NCBI RefSeq assembly: GCF_006345805.1
Contig: NC_043014.1
Location: 36,208,001 to 36,272,000, forward strand
DNA length: 64,000 bases
Direction of reading: 5' to 3'
Origin: Octopus sinensis
Taxonomy: Eukaryota
The notes beneath the pieces were generated by a model. The model saw only the letters and a list, made by a program, of their open reading frames with translations, was not told where the DNA came from and ran no database searches. This document shows positions 11,630 to 24,979 of this stretch, in pieces (position 1 is the first letter of the stretch; each line of letters starts with the position of its first letter). Made by a program: the position numbers and the translations under genes.

Positions 11630-13430
11630 GGTTAATGCATGGCACTTACAAGAAGCAGCTACTTATGTCAATTAAATGTATTCAGAATCGTAAAAAGCAA
11701 AATATATAGACTTGGTTAATCATAATAATATAGCTGACAAGGACAAATATACTCGTGAAGAAAACCGTGGTTGGATGCACAAATTCATTGGAAGGTATAA
11801 CTTAACCAGAAATATTGTTCCAAGAGAAGCGGCATCTGTAGACAATGAGGCTGCACCGTGTTAACCTGAAGAATTTCGTGGTGGCTGGGGGTAGTTATCT
11901 ACCTCATCAACTTTTTAACGCAGACAGAACAGCCCACTATTGAAAAAATGCTGCGTAGCTAAAGAGAACAAAGTTTTTCAATCCGGTTTTAAAACAGCAG
12001 AGACTGAGTGCTTATACAGTTCTGTGTTGACAACACCAGAAGCTTTATTACTAGACCGCTATTAATACACCGTTCCACTCGACCTCGTCCTTCCAGTCAA
12101 GAACGTGAGCACTTTAGTTTACGTGGCCACTGGCGTTCAAAAGAATATGGGTGGCTGACTAAATTGATCTTTGAAAAGTGGTCAATGACCCACTCCTGTG
12201 TTGATGTGAAACATTATTGTCCGGCAAAGTACACTTCTTTTAAAATAATGTGTGAGACAACTTTTCTGACCACGCTACACGCTTAAATGAACTCCAAAAC
12301 AAAATCAAATGTAATTTGTTCAGCGCCAAGCACCACATTTTGCTATACAGCAAGGAGTAAAGGCCACGTTTAAGCTACTTCATCTTCCCCTTATCTTTGA
12401 GGTCATGATAGAGAAGGCACTGGTAACTGATAAAGAACTCACTGTGCAGCATTATTGGACACAGTCAAACAGTCTTCATAGTGTTCACTTCATCGGCAAC
12501 ACCTGGTCCGATGTAAATTGAGCTTGCCTTTTGAATGACTGACGCAGATTCAGACTTCTTTAAGTTTCAAAAGGATCACATGACTAGAGTCCTGAATAGG
12601 CCAAGAACATTAGCTGGTGATTTTTTGCAGGAGCTAGGGCAAAAAGGGGTGCTTGTTGTATGCTTCTGAACGTGAAAATTTCAGACAAAAGTTTTGGTAT
12701 TCGTCGACATGGAGCAGAATGATATGGCTATAGAAAACGAAATGAAGATTATGAACGTGGCGCAGGAGTGGCTGTGTGGTAAGTAGCTTGCTTACCAACC
12801 ACACGGTTCCGGGTTCAGTCCCACTGCGTGGCATCATGGGCAAGTGTCTTCTACTATAGCCTCGGGCCGATCAAAGCCTTGTGAGTGGATTTGGTAGACG
12901 GAAACTGAAAGAAGCCCGTCGTATATATATATATGTATATATATGTGTGTGTGTGTGTTTATGTATCTGTATTTGTCCCCCCCCCCAACATCGCTTGACA
13001 ACCGATGCTGGTGTGTTTAGGTCCCCGTAACTTAGCGCTTCGGCAAAAGAGACCGATAGGATAAGTACTAGGCTTACAAAGAATAAGTCCTGGTGTCGAT
13101 TTGCTCGACTAAAAGGCGGTGCTCCAGCATGGCCGCAGTCAAATGACTGAAACAAGTAAAAGAGAGAGAAGGAGAACGTGCAGAACTTCACGTAGCATAA
13201 ACCATGTCAAACCTAAAGAATAAGAAAAGGTAAATAATAACCCTCTATTAGCAGTTGACTGAACACCTGCATGAAGGAGACACACTTTTTGAGAGATCGA
13301 AGTCTGTGATTGTCATTTCAGCTCTTGGTGTTACACCCTGCTACGAAATTTATGAGGAACAACAAACATCAGATAGGCAGTCAATGATTAACTACTTTTC
13401 TCAGTAGTTTTTCTAATTCTCCAGCACCAC
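11630..13430 (+). mobile_element. Decayed pogo/Tigger-type DNA transposon, split by a SINE
   Basis: Broken frames give RGWMHKFIGRYNL (CENP-B HTH-like), GYLPHQLFNAD, SGFKTAE, RPLLIHRSTRPR, HWRSKEYGWLT and C-terminal YEIYEE...RQSMINYFS, matching Tigger DDE_1 motifs. Confidence 0.8.
12759..13167 (+). mobile_element. SINE family A with probable TSD gaacgt
   Basis: atgaacgt|ggcgcagg ... gga gaacgtgcag. Confidence 0.9.
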
Positions 13431-13564
13431 TGCCAGCTCCTTCATCTAGATCGCAGCAAGTAAAACCAGTAACCGGCCATTCTAACCCTCATGTTAGTGA
13501 CTATGACTTTCCAGGCATTCCCTCTCTACAGCAATCTCTATGAACTAGAGATAATAACGACGCT

Positions 13565-13925
<361 letters not shown>

Positions 13926-13949
13926 GATACATATTAGGGGGAGAAGGTA

Positions 13950-14150
13950 AGGTATTACAGGTCAGTAATAAAGTCTAGTTTTTTTGTAGTAAGAGCTTCA
14001 TGAACAGATTCCTAGGTGGAGTTATTTATCTGAGTGAAGTCTATAGGTAACGCTTAACCGAATAAAGAGTATAGAGTCAACAGATGCGATGCAGAGCTCC
14101 TCAATATGGAAAACACTTTGCGCTCAAATAATTTGAACTAATACTCCGAA

Positions 14151-14186
<36 letters not shown>

Positions 14187-14345
14187 ATGTTTCCTATACT
14201 GAGCATCTCTGGATCGCATCTACTGACTGTATACCCTTTTACTCGACTGAGCGCTACCTATAGATCATATTCCTGGATAAAATATTCTTGGGCACATCTA
14301 CAAAGAATATCTCAATTCCACGAGGGGATTTCTACATGGAGCTCT
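13950..14345. repeat. Segmental duplication block, paralogous to about 34615-34985
   Basis: Shared ggtattacaggtcagtaataaagtct ... ttcttgggcacatctacaa(a/g)gaatatctcaattccac. Confidence 0.8.
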
Positions 14346-14368
14346 TACTACATGAAAACTAACGACCT

Positions 14369-14436
<68 letters not shown>

Positions 14437-14714
14437 ACACACACACACACACGCATATATATATATATATTAGACACACGTACATATATATGACGAACTA
14501 ACTGTTACTTTCTTAGATGCAGCACGGACTTTGTCAGTGAACAGGTCGCGGATTTTAGCGACGAAAATATTTTGACAAATTAAACTTAAATGTTGAAGTG
14601 AATCGAACGGCTTTTGTGTGTTTCTTAAATGGCTTATAAACACCTTCCACGCTGCAATTGTTTTCGTTTCAGCACACGATCTCAGATCAAATTACTTGCT
14701 ATGCGAGTACATCT

Positions 14715-14757
<43 letters not shown>

Positions 14758-15169
14758 TACATATGTGTGTATGTGTGTAAAATACAAATGTAACCTATTA
14801 ATGTGTGTCATGTAACTACAAAATTTTGTGTTCAAATTAACATCACTATGATGTAGCTCTGAATTCCATTATTTTCTGAACGAATTTTCACTTTAAGCAA
14901 ACAATGTAAATATAGATATATTTGAAATGGTCAGAAAATATTGTATTTTAAGAACATAATTTTCATTTTTATACGCTTATGCATTTGTCCACAAGTGACG
15001 GGGAATCATGGGTTACTGAATAGTAATGAAGCCACTGCTGGCATAATGTTGAAATTAGAGTTTGTGAAGATACAAATAGTGAGTGAGTGCGTGAATTTAA
15101 TCTATATACATGTGTTTGTGAATGTATGTGTATCTGTGTGCGTGTGTGTATGTCTTGATTATTTTGATT

Positions 15170-15760
15170 CTTAAAGAGCTTGCAGTTCTACTTACAGATT
15201 TTATTTGTAAGGTGCGAGCTGGTTGGTTTCTTTCTTTTTTTTTTAAACTCTAGCTTATCCGGACTGTTACTTAGGCATTTACTCACAAAACCAAGTGCCT
15301 CAATTATTATTGGGAGAAATGAGAATTTATAATCTTTGTACATAAGCTGGGGTTTGGAAGCAGTTATCCACAGTTATCCGCTTTCTCTCTCAGTTTCAGA
15401 AAGATATTCACATGAGCGGGTCAGCAGACCTCTACGACGATACATACGTTGTTTCTTGTTGTCCCCAATAACAATATCTGTCCTGTTATGTTTACACTCG
15501 ACAGAAATTTTGATGGAAATTATCCACCAGTATTCCTTGTGTTGATGTTTGTCTATATAATCATTAAGAGGGCAATTCACTATATTAATTCCAGAACAGT
15601 CCTTTTCTTTTTTCGAATGGCCATTGTATATTACTTTTGCGACAAAGTTGAGTCGCATGAGGGTGGGGTATTGCTTTGATGATATTTTCGGCAGCTGTCT
15701 ATCAGAGCTAGTTACATCATATATTCTTTCGACTTGTTTTCTGGGGAATATGGTTTGCGT
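15170..15760 (-). mobile_element. Relic of an RLE-endonuclease non-LTR retrotransposon (R4/Dong-like), 3' part
   Basis: RLNFVAKVIYN (RHD.VAK motif), KHNRTDIVIGD (RPDIV motif) and IIIEALGFVSKCL; paralogous to 52880-53400. Confidence 0.75.
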
Positions 15761-15878
15761 ATATTAGAATACGATGTATGAACGCCCATATACATACAAA
15801 ATATACAGAACCTGAAGCTTACGAAGAAAAAGATACAAAAACAAAACAAAACGGGCATTTACTCGGATTTATTTATAA

Positions 15879-16105
15879 GGCGGCGAGCTGGCAGAAACGT
15901 TAGCACGCCGGGCGAAATGCGTAGCCGTATTTCGTCTGTCGTTACGTTCTGAGTTCAAATTCCGCCGTGGTCGACTTTGCCTTTCATCCTTTCGGGGTCG
16001 ATAAATTAAGTACCAGTTACGCACTGGGGTCGATGTAATCGACTAAATCCCTTTGTCTGTCCTTGTTTGTTTCCTCTGTGTTTAGCCCCTTGTGGGTAGT
16101 AAAGA
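15879..16105 (+). mobile_element. SINE family B
   Basis: ggcggcgagctggcagaaacgttagcacgccgggcg...gggtagtaaaga. Confidence 0.9.
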
Positions 16106-16184
16106 TATATATATATATAAATAAAAAATTGTCTACGTTCACACAATGACACACTCATGAACATGTTTTAAAATTATGGATACT

Positions 16185-16614
16185 CTTTTACTCTTACTTG
16201 TTTCAGTCATTTGACTGCGGCCATGCTGGAGCACCGCCTTTAGTCGAGCAAATCGACCCCAGGACTTATTCTTTGTAAGCCTAGCACTTATTCTATCGGT
16301 CTCTTTTGCCGAACCGCTAAGTTACGGGGACGTAAACACACCACCATCGGTTGTCAAGCGATGTTGGGGGGAGGGAGACAAATACAGCTACATAAACACA
16401 CACACACACACACACACATATATATGCATATATATATATATATATATTTACGACGATCTTCTTTCCGTTTCCGTCTACCAAATTCACTCACAAGGCTTTG
16501 GTCGGCCCGAGGCTACAGTAGAAGACACCTGCCCAAGGTGCCACGCAGTGGGACTGAACCCGGAACCCTGTGGTTGGTAAGCAAGCTACTTACCACACAG
16601 CCACTCCTGCGCCT
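16185..16614 (-). mobile_element. SINE family A
   Basis: Reverse-complement match to 6645-7030. Confidence 0.9.
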
Positions 16615-16619
16615 ATAAT

Positions 16620-17235
16620 TTTTTTCGAATGGCCATTGTATATTGCTTTTGCAATAACGTCGAGTCGCATGGGGGTGGTAGACAGTTTTTGCCACTTGTT
16701 AGTTAGAGCTAATTACACTATACACTACGTCAACATGCATACCGGAAAATATGGTTTGCAAAACATGCTTGTGTATATTAGAATACAATTTATGAATGCC
16801 CACATACATATGTAAAACCTGAAGCTTACTAGCAAAAGAATATAAAAACCAAACCAAAGCGTGGACGCCCACACAGTGACACGTGCCTGAACACACTTAT
16901 TAACACGTATTGAAAATATGGATACATACAGATGCATTGAGATATAGCAGTAATTAACATTACGTATGAGGAACCTCTTCAGGGCATTTCGATCTGTGAT
17001 AAATAGCAGCGAACGCTTCATCATTTCTTATACGTCGTCTTAAAAAAATGGGCATATTTGATGTTATAGTCCTAAATGTACTTTGATTAAAAAAAAAACA
17101 TATCTGAGATTGTCACTGTTGGAATGTATTTGGTTATATGTCTGCTCAATCTGAATCGGCTTTATCATCAAAGACTTGAAACTAAAGAGCAACAACAACA
17201 ATAAGAAGAGGTAAAAGTGCTAATCAAGGCAACAC
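16620..17235 (-). mobile_element. Upstream part of the same RLE-type retroelement relic, immediately 3' of Ig gene A exon 3
   Basis: Colinear with 37190-37495 and 53300-53740. Confidence 0.65.
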
Positions 17236-17288
17236 ACACGCGCGTGCACACACCCACCCACCCACACACACACACACAAATTGCTTAC

Positions 17289-17591
17289 CTGGTGGGATGA
17301 GTCTTTCAGAGAGTGTTTCGCCGTCCAGAAAGCATGTAAGAGTTGTTGAGCCAGCATTCCTGAAATTTAACGTATAATTAAAAATTGACACAGCTACATT
17401 GATACAATGGTCATATTGATCAACGCTCACGGAACGTGGAAATGCATTTACCCTAATGCGGGTTCTTTCAAACCATACAAAGTAAGTGGAATTTCTTGGT
17501 ACACCGATAAATGCTGTACATCTGAAGATCAATGTCTTGTTCACTTCAATTGGTGGGTTAAGAAGTTTCAGTTTACTTATGAAAGATCCCA
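17289..17591 (-). CDS. Ig gene A exon 3: C2-set-like Ig domain
   Basis: Acceptor ttcttttcag|tg, donor cca cca g|gtaagc; 303 nt, phase 1-1. VGSFISKLKLLNPPIEVNKTLIFRCTAFIGVPRNSTYFVWF...DHCINVAVSIFNYTLNFRNAGSTTLTCFLDGETLSERLIPP; C..W..C pattern and three N-x-T sequons. Confidence 0.88.
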
Positions 17592-18242
17592 CTGAAAAGA
17601 AAACGAATCAAAATATGTAAATTTTTGTACAACGAACTTTACAATAATAGATTAGATGGTTTCATTAATAGAAACTATAATCTTCATTATTTCATATAAT
17701 TTGCCACAAGGGCATCACACAGATGGAAGCTTTGCGGGCTGGATATGGACATTAATGGTATGAATGATGGTGATGCAAAAATGATGATGATGGGAGAAGA
17801 CGAAAAGCGCCCGCCGACTTTCGCCTCTCTAAAACAATGTTCTTTTTTCCCTTTTCCCTCCAAAACACAATGAGGCAATAAACCTCTTACTTAAACAACA
17901 TAATGTTCAGAATTCTTTTTTCTGTTTGAAAACACACACACAAAAAAAAGTCACATGTTTCACATTTTCTAGACTCGTTCAGGTTATCCGGCCGACCAGT
18001 ATCCTTGCTTCATTGAAGCATGCACCCGGTTCCAGGCCGAACCACACAGGTATATATTACTATATAACTATAATCTTCATATTAAACTAAAACGTTTAAC
18101 AACGCTCCAACTATTCTTAATGCTGGACTTGGTGAACTGGTGCTTCGAAATTTTCGACTGTCAAACTTTTTAGTAAAGCAGCGCGAAGGCTACGTGGAGC
18201 CAAGTCAATAGCAACAACTACACAACAAATTAATGATACACC

Positions 18243-18596
18243 ATAGGCTGCAACCGTTTGACTTCTGTCTTTAAGGAAGTCCTGCAGCCACTCTCCCAGA
18301 TTACCAGCAATCCCAAGGTCTCGCAGCTTATGACATATCATGCCATGATTTACCTTACCAAATGCTTCTGGGATGTCAAAAAATATCACATTGACATTGG
18401 AATGGTCAAGCAGCAGTTTCAAAACCCAGTCATAGGCGCAGGAGTGGCTGTGTGGTAAGTAGCTTGCTAACCAGCCACATGGTTCCGGGTTCAGTCCCAC
18501 TGCGTGGCATCTTGGGCAAGTGTCTTCTGCTATAGCCCCGGGCCGACCAAAGCCTTGTGAGTGGATTTGGTAGACGGAAACTGAAAGAAGCCTGTC

Positions 18597-18693
<97 letters not shown>

Positions 18694-19330
18694 TGTCCCC
18701 CTAGCATTGCTTGACAACCGATGCTGGTGTGTTTACGTCCCCGTAACTTAGCGGTTCGGCAAAAGAGACCGATAGAATAAGTACTGGGCTTACAAAAGAA
18801 TAAGTCCCGGGGTCGATTTGCTCGACTAAAGGCGGTGCTCCAGCATGGCCGCAGTCAAATGACTGAAACAAGTAAAAGAGTATAGTGCTGTAAAAGCTGA
18901 GTGAGGCAGCTTGTTCCTGGATGAAAGCTATGCTGTGTATTGTTTAGTAAGTAATCTTAATCTAGGAACATTATCAGTTTCTTTCTCATGATTTGTTCCA
19001 TGACTTTACTGATATGTGAAGTTGGAGAGATTATCCTGTAGTTTTGGGCCTCTGCCCTGCCCTCACCTTTGCGGATAGGGCATATAATGCTTTCTTTTAG
19101 CATTTGAGGAAGTTTACCACTTGCAAGGAAACTCTGGAAAAGCATTTGACGTGGTTTCGCTTAGGGTTGCATATATGACTTGAGGAGAATAGCTAAGAAG
19201 CCATCAAGACACGTTGCTGAACTTGAGCTCATTTCATCGATTACCACTATTGCATCTGTCTCCTCAATATTGATGTAATCAATAGCCGGCGCCTTCTTTT
19301 GTAGGGCTGCAATATTAAAGAATTCAGCTG
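18243..19330 (-). mobile_element. CR1/L2-type LINE reverse-transcriptase relic, split by a SINE
   Basis: LPQMLKESIICPIRKG...NYRIISPTSHISKVME and SCLTQLLQH|YDWVLK...VIFFDIPEAFGKVNHGMICHKLRDLGI. Confidence 0.85.
18435..18882 (+). mobile_element. SINE family A nested in the LINE
   Basis: Removing it restores the LINE reading frame; ata is duplicated on both sides. Confidence 0.9.
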
Positions 19331-19885
19331 GATTTTTTTAGCTGCACGATACTGGAGTGATTGAATTTAATTATTTATGTAAAGAATAATTTATATCATT
19401 AGCGTATTGAATTTTGATTAATATTTTTTCTCTTATTTAAGGCGACGAGGTGGCAGAATCTATAACACGTCGGTCAAAATGCTTAACGGCGTTCTGAGTT
19501 CAAATTCCACCATCAAGGACTCTGATTTTCATCCTTTTGGGTTCGATGAAATAAATACCAGTTGAGCACTGGGATCGAAGTAATCGACTTACTCCCTCCT
19601 CCGAACATACTGGCCTTGTGCCAGAATTTGAAACCAATATTTGTTGCCTTACTGCATCAACTGTCTCAGTCTACAGAAAATTATCCAACCAGATACTCTA
19701 CACAGTACGTAAAGTAGGTTCATTACAATAGAAAATACAAAAGCAAAAATAAATATTGCGCATATGAAAAGCTATAAACCTGTGTTCGATAGTGCAATGA
19801 AAACATTCCATAGAAATGAAATGAATGATAATGGAGATGAATAAGTGAAAAAAAAAAAGAAGTAAAAAATACTAGTAAAACTGAC

Positions 19886-20209
19886 CTTCAAAAGTCTTAG
19901 ATGGTGATGATTCTTCATTTGTTTTACATGAATAGTGTGTCGCATCTTCGCAACTAGCAACAAATTTCCAGCAGGTAATCTCACCTTTAGGACCAAATTT
20001 AGCTGGAGTACAATCGAAACCCTTTCGCTTGACTACTGGCTTAAACCTTTTTTCCGACCGGTCGAAATCACTTTGGAAAATAATGTTATCGTTTTGCATG
20101 AGAAAAAACTGAACGAAAAGATTTTTTACATAATACTGACAGGTTATACTTATTCCAGTGGAAGGTCCAACCTCAATAGTTTCAGGTTTCATTTTTATAA
20201 TCTTAATCC
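19886..20209 (-). CDS. Ig gene A exon 2: V-type Ig-like domain
   Basis: Acceptor tttatttatacag|gg, donor gaa g|gtcagt; 324 nt, phase 1-1. (W)IKIIKMKPETIEVGPSTGISITCQYY...KGFDCTPAKFGPKGEITCWKFVASCEDATHYSCKTNEESSPSKTFE; D-x-x-x-Y-x-C motif. Confidence 0.88.
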
Positions 20210-20269
20210 CTGTATAAATAAAAAAAAAACATAAATCCGAGATAGATTTTATAAAAAAAACCCATAAAT

Positions 20270-20410
20270 TTAGGAGGAGTAGAAGGAGGAGAAAATAAGA
20301 AAAGCAGGAAAAAAAGAAGTGCAAAGATGAGAGGAGAAAGAGAATGTAGAGTAAACAAAAGAGAAAAACAATGTGAAGAAGAAGAAAAAGAAGAGTAGGA
20401 AAAACAAAAC
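20270..20410. repeat. Purine-rich GA/GAA tract (pyrimidine tract on the gene strand) just upstream of the exon-2 acceptor
   Basis: Same position as 40250-40440 and 55468-56135. Confidence 0.8.
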
Positions 20411-20699
20411 CAAAAAATGACGAGTGCTCATTTGAGTATGAATTACATTTATCCACAGATAAATTTTAGTATTTAGTTTTTAATATTTATTATTATACAA
20501 GCATACATATGTCATAATAAATTCGACAGTTTTATTGATAGCAAAAGGTGCATCAACATAGCGTGAGAAACCGATGATGAGAGAAATCGGTCTAGTAAAT
20601 ATATGTACATACACAGAAATGAAGCATTTGAAGAACTAGATACGGTTGTAACGTCTCAGTTGAAAATATCGCCCACATAATGTATGTGTATGTATATAT

Positions 20700-21112
20700 C
20701 TCATTACTACCCACAAGGGGCTAAACACAGAGGGAACAAACAAGGACAGACAAACGGATTAAGTCGATTACATCGACCCCAGTGCGTAACTGGTACTTAA
20801 TTTATCGACCCCGAAAGGATGAAAGGCAAAGTCAACCTCGGCGGAATTTGAACTCAGAACGCAGCGGCGGACGAAATACCTATTTCTTTATTACCCACAA
20901 GTGGCTAAACACAGAGGGAACAAACAAGGACAGACAAACGGATTAAGTCGATTACATCGACCCCAGTGCGTAACTGGTACTTAATTTATCGACCCCGAAA
21001 GGATGAAAGGCAAAGTCGACCTCGGCGGAATTTGAACTCAGAACGCAGCGGCGGACGAAATACCGCAAAGCATTTCGCTCGGCGTGCTAACGATTCTGCC
21101 AGCTCGCCGCCT
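20700..21112 (-). mobile_element. Tandem double SINE family B
   Basis: Two head-to-tail partial copies (about 20700-20880 and 20880-21112). Confidence 0.85.
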
Positions 21113-21234
21113 TAATGTATGTGTATGTATATATAGACACACACAGACGCGCGCGTACACACACACACACACATACATACACATATGTATGTACATATAC
21201 ATACATATATATTCGTGCACATGTATATATATTT

Positions 21235-21640
21235 TTGGTGAGAGAAATGTGTGGGGTGAAGCTGTTTGATAAAAGGAGAACTGGGGATTTGATGGGGATG
21301 CTGGAATTGGAGGAACGGTGGAACAACTGGTAAGGGCGAATGGAGTGGTATGGGCATACGTTGAGAAGGAATGGGGAGCTTGTTCTGAGGAGGGTGCTTG
21401 AGTTTTGAGTCAAGCGAGCCACGAACGTGAGGTAGACCGAGGAAGATGTGGACGGGACAGGTGGAGGAGGAGATTGGAAAGGTTAGCTTGAGAAGAGAGG
21501 ACGCCCCAAACCGGGCAAGATGGCAAAATGGTGTGAAGACGGTTGCTATGGCACTGAGATAGATCCGGCCATCCCCGTTAACGGGGACAAAACCCGGATT
21601 TAAAACGCTGGGTGATGATGATGATGATGATGATGATGGC
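21235..21640 (+). mobile_element. RTE-clade LINE 3' end with (GAT)n tail
   Basis: REMCGVKL...WYGHTLRR...RGRPRKMWTGQVEEE...REDAPNRARWQNGV* then (gat)n. Confidence 0.8.
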
Positions 21641-22419
21641 GATGTATATATATATATATATATATTATGAGTTTGATCTGAGAACATAGACTTTTTGTGG
21701 AGAATGGCGATTTGACGTCTATATCTAGCATGTTGACTGTCCACTTTTTCGTGTTCAGTCCTTAATTGGTATATATATATATATATATATAAGTAGGTGA
21801 ATGAATTATCCTAGCATGGAAAATTCGTTTAACCGATACCTGGGTAGCAAATTCACGTCAGAAAACACGGTTGAAGCGACCTGTCAAGGGTAGAAACTCC
21901 GGGTTCTTGTGTGGAAATTTGTGTGTTTTTTATATGAATAAATGAAAGAATTTTGTTAAAATCTTCGTTCGACTCCATTCTTTCATTTATTCATATATAT
22001 AATTTAAAATAGGATAAAATCTTTATAAGAATTTATCAAGTAGTTAGCGTAAAAACCTCGTCACGGACAAGTGAATTTTGGAAGAGAGGCCTTACAAGTC
22101 TACCAGAGATATGGAAGGGCATTGTAGACAATGAAGGAGAGTATATTTTAGATTAAAGAAGAAATTCATCGTAATTTTTAAAAACAAAAATTTATAATTA
22201 TTCCCTTTAAATGTATTTATTTATATTAAGGGTATTACTACACGTAAATGCCTCACGTTATTAGGGACTCTTAAAGTCAAACCTATCATAATAAATGCAC
22301 AGTGTATCGAACGCGAGGGAAACCTAAAACCCAAATCTATTATAGTTGGTCTAGCATGTCCTACTCACCGTCTATGCAATTTTATTAACATCATTTAAAA
22401 CCATTATGTGCCCACACAC

Positions 22420-23810
22420 CTAGTTTCATCAAAGAATGACATCGTCTTCCCAAAACAACGAAATCGTATTCACTTTTACTTAGTTTTGATGTAATACACC
22501 ATTACACCAATATTCTACATGATTTAGGAATAAAGGCGATTAAACTCTGGGTAGAAAACCACTGAGAAGCGATTCCCAGTAGACTCACCGTGCCATTTAT
22601 ACTAGATGCAGTCAAACATATCCTTGGAAATAACACATTCTTTTTCAGTGGAAAGATTTACAAGTTTGAGGCAAAACGATGAGAACGAGATTTGCTCCTA
22701 TTTATGCGATGTCTGTAAAGGTATACTTAGAAAAAAACTCTATGAAAGGGTAGATGAAAACAACAGCACTTTATTTAGAAGATATACTGCAGATGCATAG
22801 AAGAGATACCTTGACGATTGCTTCATAATTTGGACAAAATCTTTAGATACTCTGCAAGAGTCTAATATCCTCCTGAAAAATCTGCACTCAACTCTCCAAT
22901 TTTCAAAGAAGAGTAGTACCAAATAATCATTTTTAGACATAATGGTAATTAAAAATAATACCACCTTCACCACTGATATATACTATAAACACATACGCAT
23001 CAATACCTCAACTTTAAATCGTGTCATCCAACACATAAAAAAAAACTCAATATCCCATACTGCCTAACCAGAAAAAAATTTGTAAATACCAGAGACAAAC
23101 GCCTAACAGAACACAAAGAATTTCTCCTCAAACAAAAATATCAATCCCTACTTGCAGTAGATCGTATACAGCGTACTATAGAAACGCTCATACAAATGAG
23201 GGCAACCACAAAAAGAGGAAAACAAGAACAGGTCATACCATTTATAGTGACACTCAATCCGGGTCACCAAAATATCTTTAACATCGCCAAGGTAACCTTG
23301 CCGATCATTGCTCAAAGTAATGAATTAATGGATATAAACACACATGGGCTATGATTCTTAGTTAAGGACAGGCGAAGTACTTGAAACAATTATTTACAAA
23401 GGCAAAGTTTGACCTAAGTAACAATGACGAATCATTCATTGTATTTAAATGTAATGATAATCAATGTGGTACATCTCAGATCATAGATACCGGACAATAT
23501 ATAAACTCAAAAACGGAAGAATATTTACAAATGCAAATATGAACTGCAAAAGCAGGAATTTAATTTACTGCATCAAATTCCCTACATTGACCAAACTGGG
23601 AATGCATTATCGGAATGCTCACGAGTACACCGACAGCAAATTAGGGAACCTGATGTCTGTCAGATACCTTTAAGTAATCATCTGGCAACATGTGGCCAGA
23701 AAAAGTTTATAATACTCTCATTCTTCAAACTACAGAGCTCATGTGGAATTGAGAGGAAAGACAGAGAAAAGAATTTTATTGATAAATTCAAACCCGTTTA
23801 AATGGACAGT
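22420..23810 (+). mobile_element. Penelope-like element relic (RT + GIY-YIG)
   Basis: RYLDDCFIIW, SFLDIMV, TDIYYK...HQYLNFKSCHP, NIPYCL and NMNCKSRNLIYCI, in broken frames. Confidence 0.88.
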
Positions 23811-23879
23811 TATAATAACGGTAATAAATATAATGATAATGGTGAGAATAATAGCTATTATTACTGCTACATCGCCAGT

Positions 23880-24752
23880 AACGTCCTGCAAGCCTTGGTG
23901 GAACAAAATCTCATTGTAACTGCCGAGGAACTATCAGAGAAGCTTGGATTTGGTCATTAACCATTCATCGACACCTGCGTGCCATTGGAAAAGTATGCAA
24001 ATTGGGTCAATAGGTTCCTCACAAACTTTCCGATTTTAATCATGCACAGAGAGTGAATGTGTGCTCTACTTTACTGACACGTCTTACGAATGTACTTTTT
24101 TTGGACTGAATAGTGACTGGTGACGAGAAATGGGTTCTCCATAAAAATATGAAGCGCTGAAGACAGTGGGTAGGGAAAGGAGAAACACTGGTACCACAGG
24201 CTAAAGAAGGACTTCACTCACAAGGTGTTCTTATCCGTTTGGTGGGATATGAAAGGTTTAGTGCACGTTGAATTTTTAAACCTAAACCAAACGATAACAA
24301 CGGAGATCTAATGCAAACAGCTTGGGCGGCTTAAGTCAGCGATAAACGAAAAACGACCATCTTTGGTTACAAAACAAAAGGTGTTCTTTTATGAGTATAA
24401 TGGTCGGTCACATACACCAGGAATGACATTCCAATGGCTTGAGCAGTTTGAATGGAAAACGATGCCCTACTCATCATATTCGCCGGACATTGCCCCATTT
24501 GATTATCATTGATTCCGCATTGGACAGAAAAATCATGTTGTGTATACGACGTCAGAACAATCTTGGAGGAGTATTTTTCGTCACGGACAAGTGAATTTTG
24601 GAAGAGAGGCCTTACAAATCTACCAGAGATATGGAAGGGCATTGTAAACAATGAAGGAGAGTATATTTTAGATTAAAAAATAAATTTATCTTAATTTTTA
24701 AAAACAAAAGAAGTATAAAAAAAACCGCATTATTTATGGGATGACCCAATAC
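23880..24752 (+). mobile_element. Mariner (DD34D-type) transposon relic with right TIR
   Basis: VPHKLS, IVTGDEKWV, VWWDMKG, YSPDIAPFDYH; ends ttatgggatgacccaata, complementary to the left end at about 36170. Confidence 0.9.
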
Positions 24753-24927
24753 ATACATATGTATGTTCAAGACATAAAACAAAGTATCTGCACTTATACA
24801 TACATACATTCATACATTCTACAACTTCAATATCCCTACATATCTCACATCTATTTTCTTTCCTCCACTTCACTCTCTATTTTGTATCCTATCTAAATTA
24901 AGTATTACTTAACCATCCTCTCACACC

Positions 24928-24979
24928 ATCTCCGATGAAGGGATATAATTGATAAATATCCTGGAAACAGCTGTAAGAC
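24928..24979 (+). ncRNA. Hammerhead-ribozyme-like motif in a Penelope-type terminal repeat
   Basis: atct-CCGATGA-agggatat..atatcctg-GAAAC-agct-GTA-agac. Confidence 0.45.

Noticed and set aside
14250-14335. Candidate exon 4 (catgtag|aaatcc in A, catgtag|agatcc in B) giving EIP(S/G)WN*
   Set aside because: Poor pyrimidine tract, no counterpart found in unit C, and conservation is explained by the segmental duplication itself.
16361-16618. Recurrent ORFs such as [22 protein letters not shown]..., MRNWYLIYRPRKDERQSRPRR... and [12 protein letters not shown]...
   Set aside because: Translations of SINE families A and B, not genes.
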